Origin: Candidatus Aenigmatarchaeota archaeon
GTDB taxonomy: Archaea > Aenigmatarchaeota > Aenigmatarchaeia > QMZP01
DNA length: 47,478 nucleotides
NCBI GenBank assembly: GCA_016782405.1
Contig: JADHYO010000001.1
Location: forward strand, 1 to 47,478
Direction of reading: 5' to 3'
Part shown: positions 1 to 7,871 of the stretch, one piece after another
How positions within the stretch are numbered: position 1 is the first letter of the stretch
Layout of the letters: each line of letters begins with the position of its first letter
Position numbers and translations under genes: made by a program
Notes under the pieces: model-generated
What the model saw: only the letters and a program-made list of their open reading frames with translations
Told to the model about the DNA's origin: nothing
Databases searched by the model: none

Positions 1-2
1 AA

Positions 3-1034
3 AAACTTGGTTATTCAAAGATAACCATTGGGCATTGGAAAAGAAGAGGTGTTCTACCTGCTGAAATAGCAAAAAAAATGCTGAAATCAAACGCTCCATA
101 TGATACAGGGGATTTATGGATTAAAAGCGGGAAGAACTCCACTATGCCAGTTCCTCTCAAGGTGGAGATGGATTCTGATTTCCTGGTTTTTGCGGGTTTG
201 TGGCTTGCTGACGGATGCTATGACAGGAATTCTGTTATCATCTCTGTTGTTGAGGAGGAGAACAGGGAAATTGTCAGAAGGGTTGCCAGGAAATTCAGAT
301 TGAAGTGCAAAATGCATTCTGACGGATTTTCCCTGATGATTCATTCAAAGAGTTTGAAAAGCATTATGAAGAATGTCTTGAAGCTTGAAGGAAACTCCTA
401 TACAAAAAAAATGCCTGCCTGGGTTTTCATGCTTTCCAAGAAACAGATGGGCTCTGTTCTCAGGGGCCTGTTCAGTGGAGATGGTTGCGCTTCTGACAAA
501 GAGATAACAATGGCACTGGCGTCACAAAAGCTTATTCGAGATGTCCAGACAATGCTTTTACATTTCGGTGTTATCATAAGGATTAACAAATTACGAAAGG
601 ACAAGACACGGCACTGCAACATTAGCTCACTGAAATCATTGAGGGTGTTTAGAAGTAGCATAGGTTTCTTGACAAAAAAGAAAACCGAAAGGCTGAATGT
701 GCTGTGCTCAAAGAAATCAACGCATGATACAAGTGATGTGATTCCCCTTTCCCTTGGGACGAAAAGAAGGCTGGCTGAAGTTTGTAGAATCTTCAACAAA
801 CAAGATTATATCAATAGGAATAACAATATAGGAAGGGAACATCTGAAGAAAATCATTGCTGCCCTACCAAAAAATGAAACTGAATTGATTAAAGAACTGG
901 ACGCGCTTGCAAACTCTGACATCTACTGGGACAGGATTGTGAATATAAAATCATTCAGAAAATCACAGCATGTGTATGATTTCTCTGTTCCCGGTTACGA
1001 GAATTTCATCTCCAATAATATTCTTGCCCATAAC
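3..1034 (+). mobile_element. Intein (C-terminal part) with LAGLIDADG homing endonuclease
   Basis: Block C FAGLWLADG, block E VLRGLFSGDG, block F VYDFSVPGYENFISN, block G ILAHN, followed by +1 Thr (1035-1037). Confidence 0.93.
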
Positions 1035-1829
1035 ACCCTCGAGCTTCCAATGGATAGTCTTCGCGCGCTGAACTACAATGTTACCCAACTCAAGAGTCGT
1101 TCTGTTATCACACAGGTGGAGACAGAGATGCCTGCTGACGAAGCTTTACGGACAGCCCTTAGGTTGGGGGATTCAGCTCTGATTGTGGGCGAGGTTCGTT
1201 CTCTAGAGGCTAAAGCACTCTATGAAGCAATGCGCATTGGGGCTCTTTCCAATGTTGTTGCAGGGACCATCCACGGGGAGTCTGCTTACGGTGTCTTTGA
1301 TCGGGTGGTGAACGATTTAGAGGTTCCGAAGACAAGCTTCAAGGCCACTGACATAATCCCTATCTGCAAGATGCTGCGTTCTGCTGATGGTCTCCACCGC
1401 TTCAGGAGGATGACTGAAATCACTGAGGTTCGGAAGGAATGGAGTGATGAGCCTGTTAAAGAGGGCGGCTTTGTGAACCTAATGGAATACTCTGGTAAAG
1501 AGGATCGTCTGAAGCCTACGGACACGCTATTGAATGGTGAAAGTGAAATCTTGAATCGCATTGCTTCCAATGTTAGGGAGTGGTCAGGGAATTGGGAGGC
1601 AGTTTGGGAGAACATCAATCTCCGCGCAAAAATGAAGGCAGAGATGCTCCGCCTCTCTGAGCAGCTGAAAAAACCTGGGCTGATTGAGGCTGATTGGGTT
1701 GTGCACTGCAATCAGCAGTACCACCTTATTGAGGAGAAGGTCCGTGAGGAGATTGGGCATCCAGATCCTAGCAGGGTTTGGGAGGACTGGAAAAGGTGGT
1801 TTACTGTAAATGCGATGGGGAAGAAGTGA
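3..1829 (+). CDS. Type II/IV secretion-system (VirB11/TadA-like) ATPase containing an intein; 5'-truncated by window edge
   Basis: Frame 3 is open from base 3 (KLGYSKITIGHW...). After the intein end the extein reads TLELP...ALRTALRLGDSALIVGEVRS.EA.AL.EAM..G...GTIHGES, matching the Asp box, Walker B and His box of VirB11 ATPases. Confidence 0.9.
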   Translation, partial: KLGYSKITIGHWKRRGVLPAEIAKKMLKSNAPYDTGDLWIKSGKNSTMPVPLKVEMDSDFLVFAGLWLADGCYDRNSVIISVVEEENREIVRRVARKFRLKCKMHSDGFSLMIHSKSLKSIMKNVLKLEGNSYTKKMPAWVFMLSKKQMGSVLRGLFSGDGCASDKEITMALASQKLIRDVQTMLLHFGVIIRINKLRKDKTRHCNISSLKSLRVFRSSIGFLTKKKTERLNVLCSKKSTHDTSDVIPLSLGTKRRLAEVCRIFNKQDYINRNNNIGREHLKKIIAALPKNETELIKELDALANSDIYWDRIVNIKSFRKSQHVYDFSVPGYENFISNNILAHNTLELPMDSLRALNYNVTQLKSRSVITQVETEMPADEALRTALRLGDSALIVGEVRSLEAKALYEAMRIGALSNVVAGTIHGESAYGVFDRVVNDLEVPKTSFKATDIIPICKMLRSADGLHRFRRMTEITEVRKEWSDEPVKEGGFVNLMEYSGKEDRLKPTDTLLNGESEILNRIASNVREWSGNWEAVWENINLRAKMKAEMLRLSEQLKKPGLIEADWVVHCNQQYHLIEEKVREEIGHPDPSRVWEDWKRWFTVNAMGKK

Positions 1830-1873
1830 GTTTAGGTACACACCTTTAAATAGACAAAGCACCAAGATTTTTT

Positions 1874-2176
1874 ATGCAAAAAATCTCTTGTCCCTATTGC
1901 AAGTCCAATAAAATGGTTTTCCGGGGATACCGCTACAATGAGAAGTCCAAGAAACGCCTGCGGCTCTGCAAATCCTGCGGGAGGAAGTTTACGCTCCGTA
2001 ACGTCTACTTCAGGATGCGTTTTTCCCCAGTAGAAATCAAGCGGGCAGTCTCTCTCTATAAAAAAGGATTTTCTCTAGCAGAAGCGAAGCTTCGCATGGA
2101 AAGAGAAGGAGTCAGGGTCTCTCGCTGGACAATCCTCAAATGGTACAAAAAATACACCAAACCCGAGGACCGCTAA
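1874..2176 (+). CDS. Zn-ribbon + HTH protein resembling the N-terminus of IS1/IS6-type transposases (no DDE domain)
   Basis: CPYC...CKSCGRKF zinc ribbon followed by an HTH-like segment (GFSLAE...VSRWTILKW). TTTAAATA TATA-like box upstream. Confidence 0.75.
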   Translation: MQKISCPYCKSNKMVFRGYRYNEKSKKRLRLCKSCGRKFTLRNVYFRMRFSPVEIKRAVSLYKKGFSLAEAKLRMEREGVRVSRWTILKWYKKYTKPEDR

Positions 2177-2217
2177 GTTGACAAAACAAAAACCCTCCGA
2201 AACCTGGCGATAAACAA

Positions 2218-2607
2218 CTAAAACTCGGGCAATGTCCTTTTCCCCGCCCCCCAAAACACACAGCTTATTTGGCCATGTGCCTTGGGTTGTTGTCTACCCC
2301 TATAACCTAAAAACAAAAGTTCGTCGCATTCAACCATCGATTGCGGAGGGATATTTTTTGGAGCGTGGACTGGGCATGAGTGAAGAGTGATGTTTGGAAA
2401 ACTCTTTGTGAAAATGCATTTGCAGTCTACCCTCACAGAAGATAATCCTTTATTATCAATTTTACACGATCTGCCGGCCCGCACATCATTTGCAACAGAA
2501 AAAAAGGGGGAGAAAGAATCCAAATTCGAATAATAAACCGAAGCTTCATCCCCCTCCCCATCTATCAAGAACCTTCTACCTCTGTTGCGAACAAAAAACC
2601 TTTCCAC
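2218..2607 (-). CDS. Hypothetical protein (Cys/His-containing)
   Basis: 129-codon ORF with GTG start, lying just downstream of the 2631-2807 ORF. No recognisable family. Confidence 0.35.
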   Translation of the reverse strand: MERFFVRNRGRRFLIDGEGDEASVYYSNLDSFSPFFSVANDVRAGRSCKIDNKGLSSVRVDCKCIFTKSFPNITLHSCPVHAPKNIPPQSMVECDELLFLGYRGRQQPKAHGQISCVFWGAGKRTLPEF

Positions 2608-2630
2608 CTCTTCCTTGTGTGTGGGGGGTT

Positions 2631-2807
2631 TTACCTCCTCGTTGTCTGTCGGCCCCTACTACTTACACCGACTCTGCGGTTGTGAAAACCACTACCATCA
2701 CTACGGCGAGAACGTCCTTTCTCCTCTTTCACCTCTGCCGTTGCTTCTCGTAGCTTTTTGTCGTCTTGCTGCGGTGGTGTGGTAGTTCTCACTCGTCGCT
2801 TCCCCAT
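2631..2807 (-). CDS. Small basic hypothetical protein (58 aa)
   Basis: ATG at 2807 preceded by a GGGGGT SD-like sequence. Arg/Lys-rich. Confidence 0.35.
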   Translation of the reverse strand: MGKRRVRTTTPPQQDDKKLREATAEVKEEKGRSRRSDGSGFHNRRVGVSSRGRQTTRR

Positions 2808-2930
2808 ATGGGAACCCCCTATCCGATCCTCCCTTGGAAAAAATAGCCATGAGCAGTCGGGAGGACAAAACTGCCTAGGCTTAGAATAGCAACCCCTCTC
2901 CACTGAAGGGGTGCATAATATAATGCGATG

Positions 2931-2965
2931 TATAAAAACGGTGGGGAAGGTGTCTAATGATTAAA
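2931..2965. promoter_or_regulatory. Candidate divergent TATA elements
   Basis: TATAAAAA at 2931-2938 (TTTTTATA on minus) and TTAAA at 2961-2965, between the minus-strand small ORFs and the structured region. Confidence 0.4.
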
Positions 2966-3329
2966 GCGGTTAAGTGTGTCGCAGCCAGCATGGCTGCTAG
3001 GTGGGGTATGTATAGGTGGGAAAGACACCTCCCCAACCAAATCTTGAATTCACGTTTCTAAGAAGTTCACTAGCCCCGCGCGCGGCGTTGCATACTATGA
3101 TGCACCGGGAGGGGTGGGTTGTTAGGAATCCCTGGCCGCCGCGCGCACTGTCAGACAGAATGATCGGAATGTAGTTGGTTGGGGAGACACTGTTGAATGT
3201 ACTCGAATAACTATTCCAATCAATACAGTCTTCCACCCCCCGCAGTCTCTTCCCACCTATTGTCGACTGCGATTCCACCCCACACCACCCGAGGCGAAAA
3301 GGGCATTGGTGAAAAAACTAAAACAACAT

Positions 3330-3421
3330 CCTGACCCCGAGAGCAGGCCGAAAGCTTCTAAGCTCCGGGTGGAACCTGCTCACCTACAAATCAGCCTTGA
3401 AAGATTTGTAGTGGGGTCAGG
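3330..3421 (+). repeat. Structured ~90-nt repeat, copy 1 (three-way junction)
   Basis: P1 3330-3338/3413-3421, P2 3341-3347/3375-3381, P3 3384-3392/3403-3411. Homologous to 3660-3749. Confidence 0.9.
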
Positions 3422-3659
3422 GCTCTGCCCAGTGACAGTTAAAAAATTAATTCAGCTCCAACCGCAAGGCGCGCAGAGAATGATTGCTCGCTGGAAATGG
3501 CTGGGTATTTCCAACTAGGATGAGGCCAGGTCCAGTCAAACCTGCGCGCCTTTCGCTCATGTGCCGGTGCCATATAGAGAGGTTGTAGCCCGAGAGAAAT
3601 TACCGGCACATCTTCAGCCTTCAACAAGGAAGCGCTCTTACGAGCGTTGCGTTGGGCCT

Positions 3660-3749
3660 CTGACTCCAAGAGCAGGCCGAAAGCTTCTAATCTCTCGGAT
3701 GTGTCCTGCTCACCTGCAAGCCGAGTTCGAAAAACTTGCAGTGGGGTCA
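3660..3749 (+). repeat. Structured ~90-nt repeat, copy 2
   Basis: P1 3661-3667/3743-3749, P2 3670-3676/3705-3711, P3 3714-3720/3735-3741. Shares GAGCAGGCCGAAAGCTTCTAA and CCTGCTCACCT with copy 1. Confidence 0.9.
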
Positions 3750-4321
3750 CAGACAGATGATGGTGGGTGATTGGCAGTGTGATTATCACCCGATCGTCAG
3801 AGTGTTCCAAAAGTCGGAGGGTTCCAGTGTGTATTCAAAAAGCCCCGGGTGGGGATGCGAATAGCTTGATCGGTGTCCAGACCATGTCAAGCGACTCGGG
3901 GCTGGGTTAAAATCAAACGATGGGGCGGGCAAAACAGTAACACAATTTTACCTCGACAGTGGTCACTCTCGTAGGTTATAATTGATTCATCATGCCCGCC
4001 CCGCAAAAATCAATGGGTGGCGGGTAAAGTAAAACCTCTCATTCAGGCTACGGTCAAATAGCCACATATCATTTGTTCTGGTGATGCAATACCCGCCACG
4101 CAAAATTCAACTGGGTAAGCGCTTCCATGGTAGGATCTAGTAGATAGACAAGACAACATCAGGAAGGCACTTACCCAGAAAAGACAATCAAGTCACCTGA
4201 TTCCTTGAGGAAAGTCTTTGAAGCTTTCCTGAGGAAGAAACCATCTGCTAACAAAAAGTTTGGTTCCCTGTGGGCATTCCGAAGGAATGTCGTGCAAATG
4301 GTTTGTGAAATTGATGAAACA

Positions 4322-6316
4322 TTACTTGAAGTCAACCCGCTCAAAGTCTGCTTTCTTTGCGAACTTTTCTGGGCTGGCTATATAGACGGTTAGGGGACCT
4401 TGTTTGTATGAAAGCCTAGCGGCTTCCTGCAGAAGGACGTTCCTCACACCCTCTGTCGCGCATATGAAGTATGGGGTTTCCCTCAAACCCTCTTCTATTT
4501 TTTTTCGGTTTGTTGTGTTTTCGATGATTACAGTAAGCTTTTTATTGTTCTGCTTATATATAAGCCTTTTTCCCTCTTGATCAAACTCCCAGCCCACCCC
4601 AGTGAGGTTAGAAACAATCTCTGTTATGTCCTTGTTTGATGATGTTTCCTTCCTGGTGAAATTCTCATCAAACACCTGATCCCCATTATCTGTGAGGAAA
4701 TAGAAGTGCAGTACATTCCTTCCAGTCTTCCCGCGCTTCATACCGACCAGGCCTTGGTCAGCCAGTTTTTTAACATGCCGCTCGAATGTTTTGCCTGACA
4801 TCTTTGTTCTGGAATAAATCCTTGAAGCAAAGCTACCTTTCCCTGATCCAATTGCCTCGATAATCTTCATCCCTTGCTCACTGATTTCCTCCTGAACATG
4901 CTCCTCTGCTACTGATTCTTTCTTGCCTGAGACCTTTTCCACAATCCGGTTGCCCATGAACTTGCTGATTTCCTCATCTGTAACGATTCCCTTTTCCATT
5001 GGGAACTTTGGGAACTCAATAAGGAATGGGCTCTGGAGCGACATCCTGCAAAGTATGAAACCGTGCCCAATAGGTAGTTGCCTGAGGTAAGGGGTTTCCT
5101 CCTCTGAGAGGCCAAGCATGTTGCTGGCGTCCTGGACATCTGAGGATTGCTTTGTGTCCAGTCCAAGGTTCATGTATATATGGGTTGATGTGTTTCCCAG
5201 GGCTGGGTAAGAAACCAATGAGGGGTGCTGGTCCAGATAGATCATGCCAAGCCCAAGCTCCCTAACCTCACGGAATATCAGCTCCATCACAGTTTCAGAT
5301 CCCATTTTCTTTGCCTTATCGCGGTTGAGGACGTGATGCGCTTCTTCCAGGAAAACCACACCTGCGAGCTCTTCCTTTTTCCAGTTAACAAGCAGCCAGT
5401 CCCTTATCCACTGGAGGATGATTTCTATGAAAAAAGACTTGTCATTTGTGTCAAGTGCGTCCAGCTCCAGGATGGTTATTTTTCCTGGCCTGAAAAAATC
5501 TGATGGAAGGATACCATCCTTTACCTTAAAGACCTCTCCCACCTCTTTGAAACAGAGGCTCTCTAAAGGTCGCTCGGCAGTAGCGAGCCAGTTCCGCTCC
5601 CTTGTCGGGAGGTTTGCAGAACCATACTCGTTCAGCCACTCCTTGAGATCTTGGAGGGTGGGATTCTCATGTGACATATAAACATTGTCCATTGACTTCA
5701 AAATTATATGACGGCCACCGCCAAGCAACCAGTAGGCATGGTCAAAGATTGAAGCAAACTCCTTAATCCACTGTGACAATTGGATCCCTGGTGGGGGCTT
5801 CAATGGGTTGAATTTGAACGGGGAAACGTTTCTGCCTATGGTGAAGATTTCTATCCTGTCTCTTAACGGGGTGGAGATAAGGTCTTTATAATTTCTTTTG
5901 GAGAAGTCAAAAATAATTACAGGGATTCCCTGGTCTGACAGCTTCTCTATCAATGAATAAGCAAGGTTGGTTTTCCCATACCCTGAGGAGCCAAAAATCC
6001 CCATGTGTGAGAGGAACGTCTTCTTGTTCAAATAGAAGGGATGCATTCTCTTCCTTCCGTACAATGCCTTCCCAATCTCAACATCCCCTGGTTTTGGTGT
6101 TATTGCCGCCGGGGGCTCCCTCAAGGCTGCATCCCGCAAATCCGGGTCAGAGAAGACAGCTGCCTTGATAACATCAACCAGCTCAAAAATCCTTTTCTTA
6201 GTATCCTCATCAGCCAGGAGGTATGCTCTTCCCAGACGCTGTGCGTTTATTCTTCCTAGAACAGGAACCAGCCTCTTAATCTCCTCGGACACCAGCTTCT
6301 CCTGTGTGTCCATCAT
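4322..6316 (-). CDS. HerA/FtsK-superfamily (DUF87-like) ATPase with C-terminal winged-helix
   Basis: Walker A GSSGYGKT, Walker B VVFLEEAH, RELGLG..YLDQHPS motif, C-terminal wHTH-like segment. Start set at the ATG overlapping the upstream stop (ATGA), after a GGAGG SD. Confidence 0.88.
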   Translation of the reverse strand: MMDTQEKLVSEEIKRLVPVLGRINAQRLGRAYLLADEDTKKRIFELVDVIKAAVFSDPDLRDAALREPPAAITPKPGDVEIGKALYGRKRMHPFYLNKKTFLSHMGIFGSSGYGKTNLAYSLIEKLSDQGIPVIIFDFSKRNYKDLISTPLRDRIEIFTIGRNVSPFKFNPLKPPPGIQLSQWIKEFASIFDHAYWLLGGGRHIILKSMDNVYMSHENPTLQDLKEWLNEYGSANLPTRERNWLATAERPLESLCFKEVGEVFKVKDGILPSDFFRPGKITILELDALDTNDKSFFIEIILQWIRDWLLVNWKKEELAGVVFLEEAHHVLNRDKAKKMGSETVMELIFREVRELGLGMIYLDQHPSLVSYPALGNTSTHIYMNLGLDTKQSSDVQDASNMLGLSEEETPYLRQLPIGHGFILCRMSLQSPFLIEFPKFPMEKGIVTDEEISKFMGNRIVEKVSGKKESVAEEHVQEEISEQGMKIIEAIGSGKGSFASRIYSRTKMSGKTFERHVKKLADQGLVGMKRGKTGRNVLHFYFLTDNGDQVFDENFTRKETSSNKDITEIVSNLTGVGWEFDQEGKRLIYKQNNKKLTVIIENTTNRKKIEEGLRETPYFICATEGVRNVLLQEAARLSYKQGPLTVYIASPEKFAKKADFERVDFK

Positions 6317-6891
6317 GCTGCCTCCCCTCCTGAGATGTCCCTGAATATATCTGCAATCTTCTTTTCTGTCTGATATTGCTCCAGGAGCTCCCTGAGTTCT
6401 GAGCGCAGCTCCACTAGGTCCCTCCAATACTGAACATTCTCCAGGCGCTTCTCCTTCCTGAGTATAGAAATGTCAAGCTTGAAGTTCCTTTTCTCATCAA
6501 TGTCCGCGACCTTTGAAGCCATCGCATCCTTCTCTTTTACATCAATATTAATCTCTTCCACCATCTCCTTGTGGATGACGTCTCTTAGCTTAATTGACTC
6601 TGATATCTCTTCTATTCTTTTTCCAATGAAATCAACCCTGTCAAAAAGCGAACCCATCACATCTTCGCCTAAAAGCGTTAGCGGCTGTATCTTCCGCTCC
6701 TCCATCCTTGGGGTTGCGCGGTGGCGGACCTTTACATCAGTGACCAGTCTCTCTTCAGGGAGTGGTTGTTCCTCAAAAATCGCGCGTTCCTGCCGCCGGG
6801 GCTCCAGCTCATAGAGGTCTTCAATTACTTCTTCTTTATACCTCCTCTCAATCTCAGCCCCAGGCTCTTTGCCTTTCTTATACTTAACCAT
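6313..6891 (-). CDS. Coiled-coil hypothetical protein translationally coupled to the HerA-like ATPase
   Basis: Glu/Lys/Arg-rich helical sequence. 4-nt ATGA overlap with the downstream gene. Confidence 0.8.
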   Translation of the reverse strand: MVKYKKGKEPGAEIERRYKEEVIEDLYELEPRRQERAIFEEQPLPEERLVTDVKVRHRATPRMEERKIQPLTLLGEDVMGSLFDRVDFIGKRIEEISESIKLRDVIHKEMVEEINIDVKEKDAMASKVADIDEKRNFKLDISILRKEKRLENVQYWRDLVELRSELRELLEQYQTEKKIADIFRDISGGEAA

Positions 6892-6910
6892 ACCCGCTCC
6901 TGTTTCCCCA

Positions 6911-6962
6911 GGAAAGTCATAGGGGAACCACGAAAGTCATTCCTAAGACTTTCGTTATATAC
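6911..6962 (-). promoter_or_regulatory. TATA box with adjacent palindromic operator
   Basis: ACGAAAGTC-N8-GACTTTCGT at 6930-6955 abuts TATATAA (minus strand). An extra GAAAGTCAT half-site lies at 6912-6920. Confidence 0.55.
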
Positions 6963-7871
6963 TTGGGCTTCCTGTTAATAAAGGCCTCTTCACGAGGGGG
7001 TCCTCTGGATCGCGACTCGGGCATTTAGGCACCGTTAAGATGACAAAATAAAAGCCGATGCGCACTGAAAATTTAATTTCTGGTGCGCATCTGACGCTTC
7101 TTTTTTTAATGGGGTGGTATTGCCCCTGGGATTTCAGAAAACCCCTGTTTTTTCGGCTGATGCAGAACTAATACAACAACTACGGAGGGATGAGAAGTCG
7201 GGTCATGAGTTTACCCCTTCAAATCAGAACGGGGGCGGAGATACTGACACCCGTAGATTCGATAGAACGCGTCGTATCTACTTGATGCTGTCCTCCTGGT
7301 GGTTTTTGCTGTCTACATTCTTCAGGACGCACTCTTTTCTTGTGCGCTTGCGGACGAATTGGTCGTCATGCGCAGCCATATGGGGGGTCCCTTTCTGGCA
7401 GTTACTGCCATCATGGGGGTTTCGTCCTGTCCCTTACCAATAGGACACACTCTGGCAATCAAGGATGGGTAAGGCACCCATATCATCAGCCCGTGTCGTG
7501 AGCTTTGGGTTCAAAACAAACCAGGAGCTGTGCCGCTAATACAGCTCCTGGCTGTCCCAGGAGAACGAAAGCCTCCCGGTTCCCGATCCCGTCTAAGTCA
7601 GACCATTGATTGGTCAAAGTCTTAGTGTATTTCAGATTCGGTAAAAATATAGCTGACAATATCCTGGGTTCTGATTTAGAATCGGGTTTACGATTCTGGG
7701 AAAAAAATTGAGTTGGAAAAACATGACATGTGTATATTTGGTCTCTGGATTTTAAATAAGTGCTTTACAAAGAATTTTCATAATTCCAAATACCTAAGCA
7801 TCTTTAAGGTGACAAAGAAAAACACAGGCGGCAAAAATCCTAAATGGACATTGTCGCCTGCGTGCAGGACC

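Larger units (their letters stand above)
2980..4305 (+). ncRNA. Putative large multi-domain structured ncRNA or RNA array, family not recognised
   Basis: More than 15 stems of 7-12 bp (e.g. 3029-3040/3175-3186, 3078-3087/3137-3146, 3466-3476/3542-3552, 3559-3568/3602-3611, 4017-4026/4090-4099). Most imperfect pairs are G-U on the + strand. No credible ORF. Confidence 0.75.

Noticed and set aside
1874..2176. Active IS element
   Set aside because: No DDE domain, terminal inverted repeats or target duplication seen.
2974..2998. GTGTG...GCAGCCAGCATGGCTGC resembles a group IIC intron 5' end
   Set aside because: No domain V (AGC/CGC triad hairpin), no RT ORF and no interrupted gene were found.
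2997..3810. ORFs 2997-3278, 3306-3518, 3439-3810 and 3561-3770 as proteins
   Set aside because: They are short, overlapping and use non-ATG starts. The similarity between 3306-3518 and 3561-3770 is explained by the RNA repeat, whose changes are compensatory for base-pairing.
4207..4220. GAGGAAAGTC resembles the RNase P RNA CR-I motif
   Set aside because: It lies in a local hairpin only ~100 nt from the next gene, and no downstream P4 partner or CR-V motif is visible.
3841..4236. CRISPR array or integron attC array
   Set aside because: There are no near-identical 23-47-bp repeats, no cas genes, no integrase and no cassette ORFs between the hairpins.
6317..6427. N-terminal extension of the HerA-like ORF given in the ORF track
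   Set aside because: It overlaps the upstream gene. The ATGA coupling and SD support a start at 6316 (or 6313).
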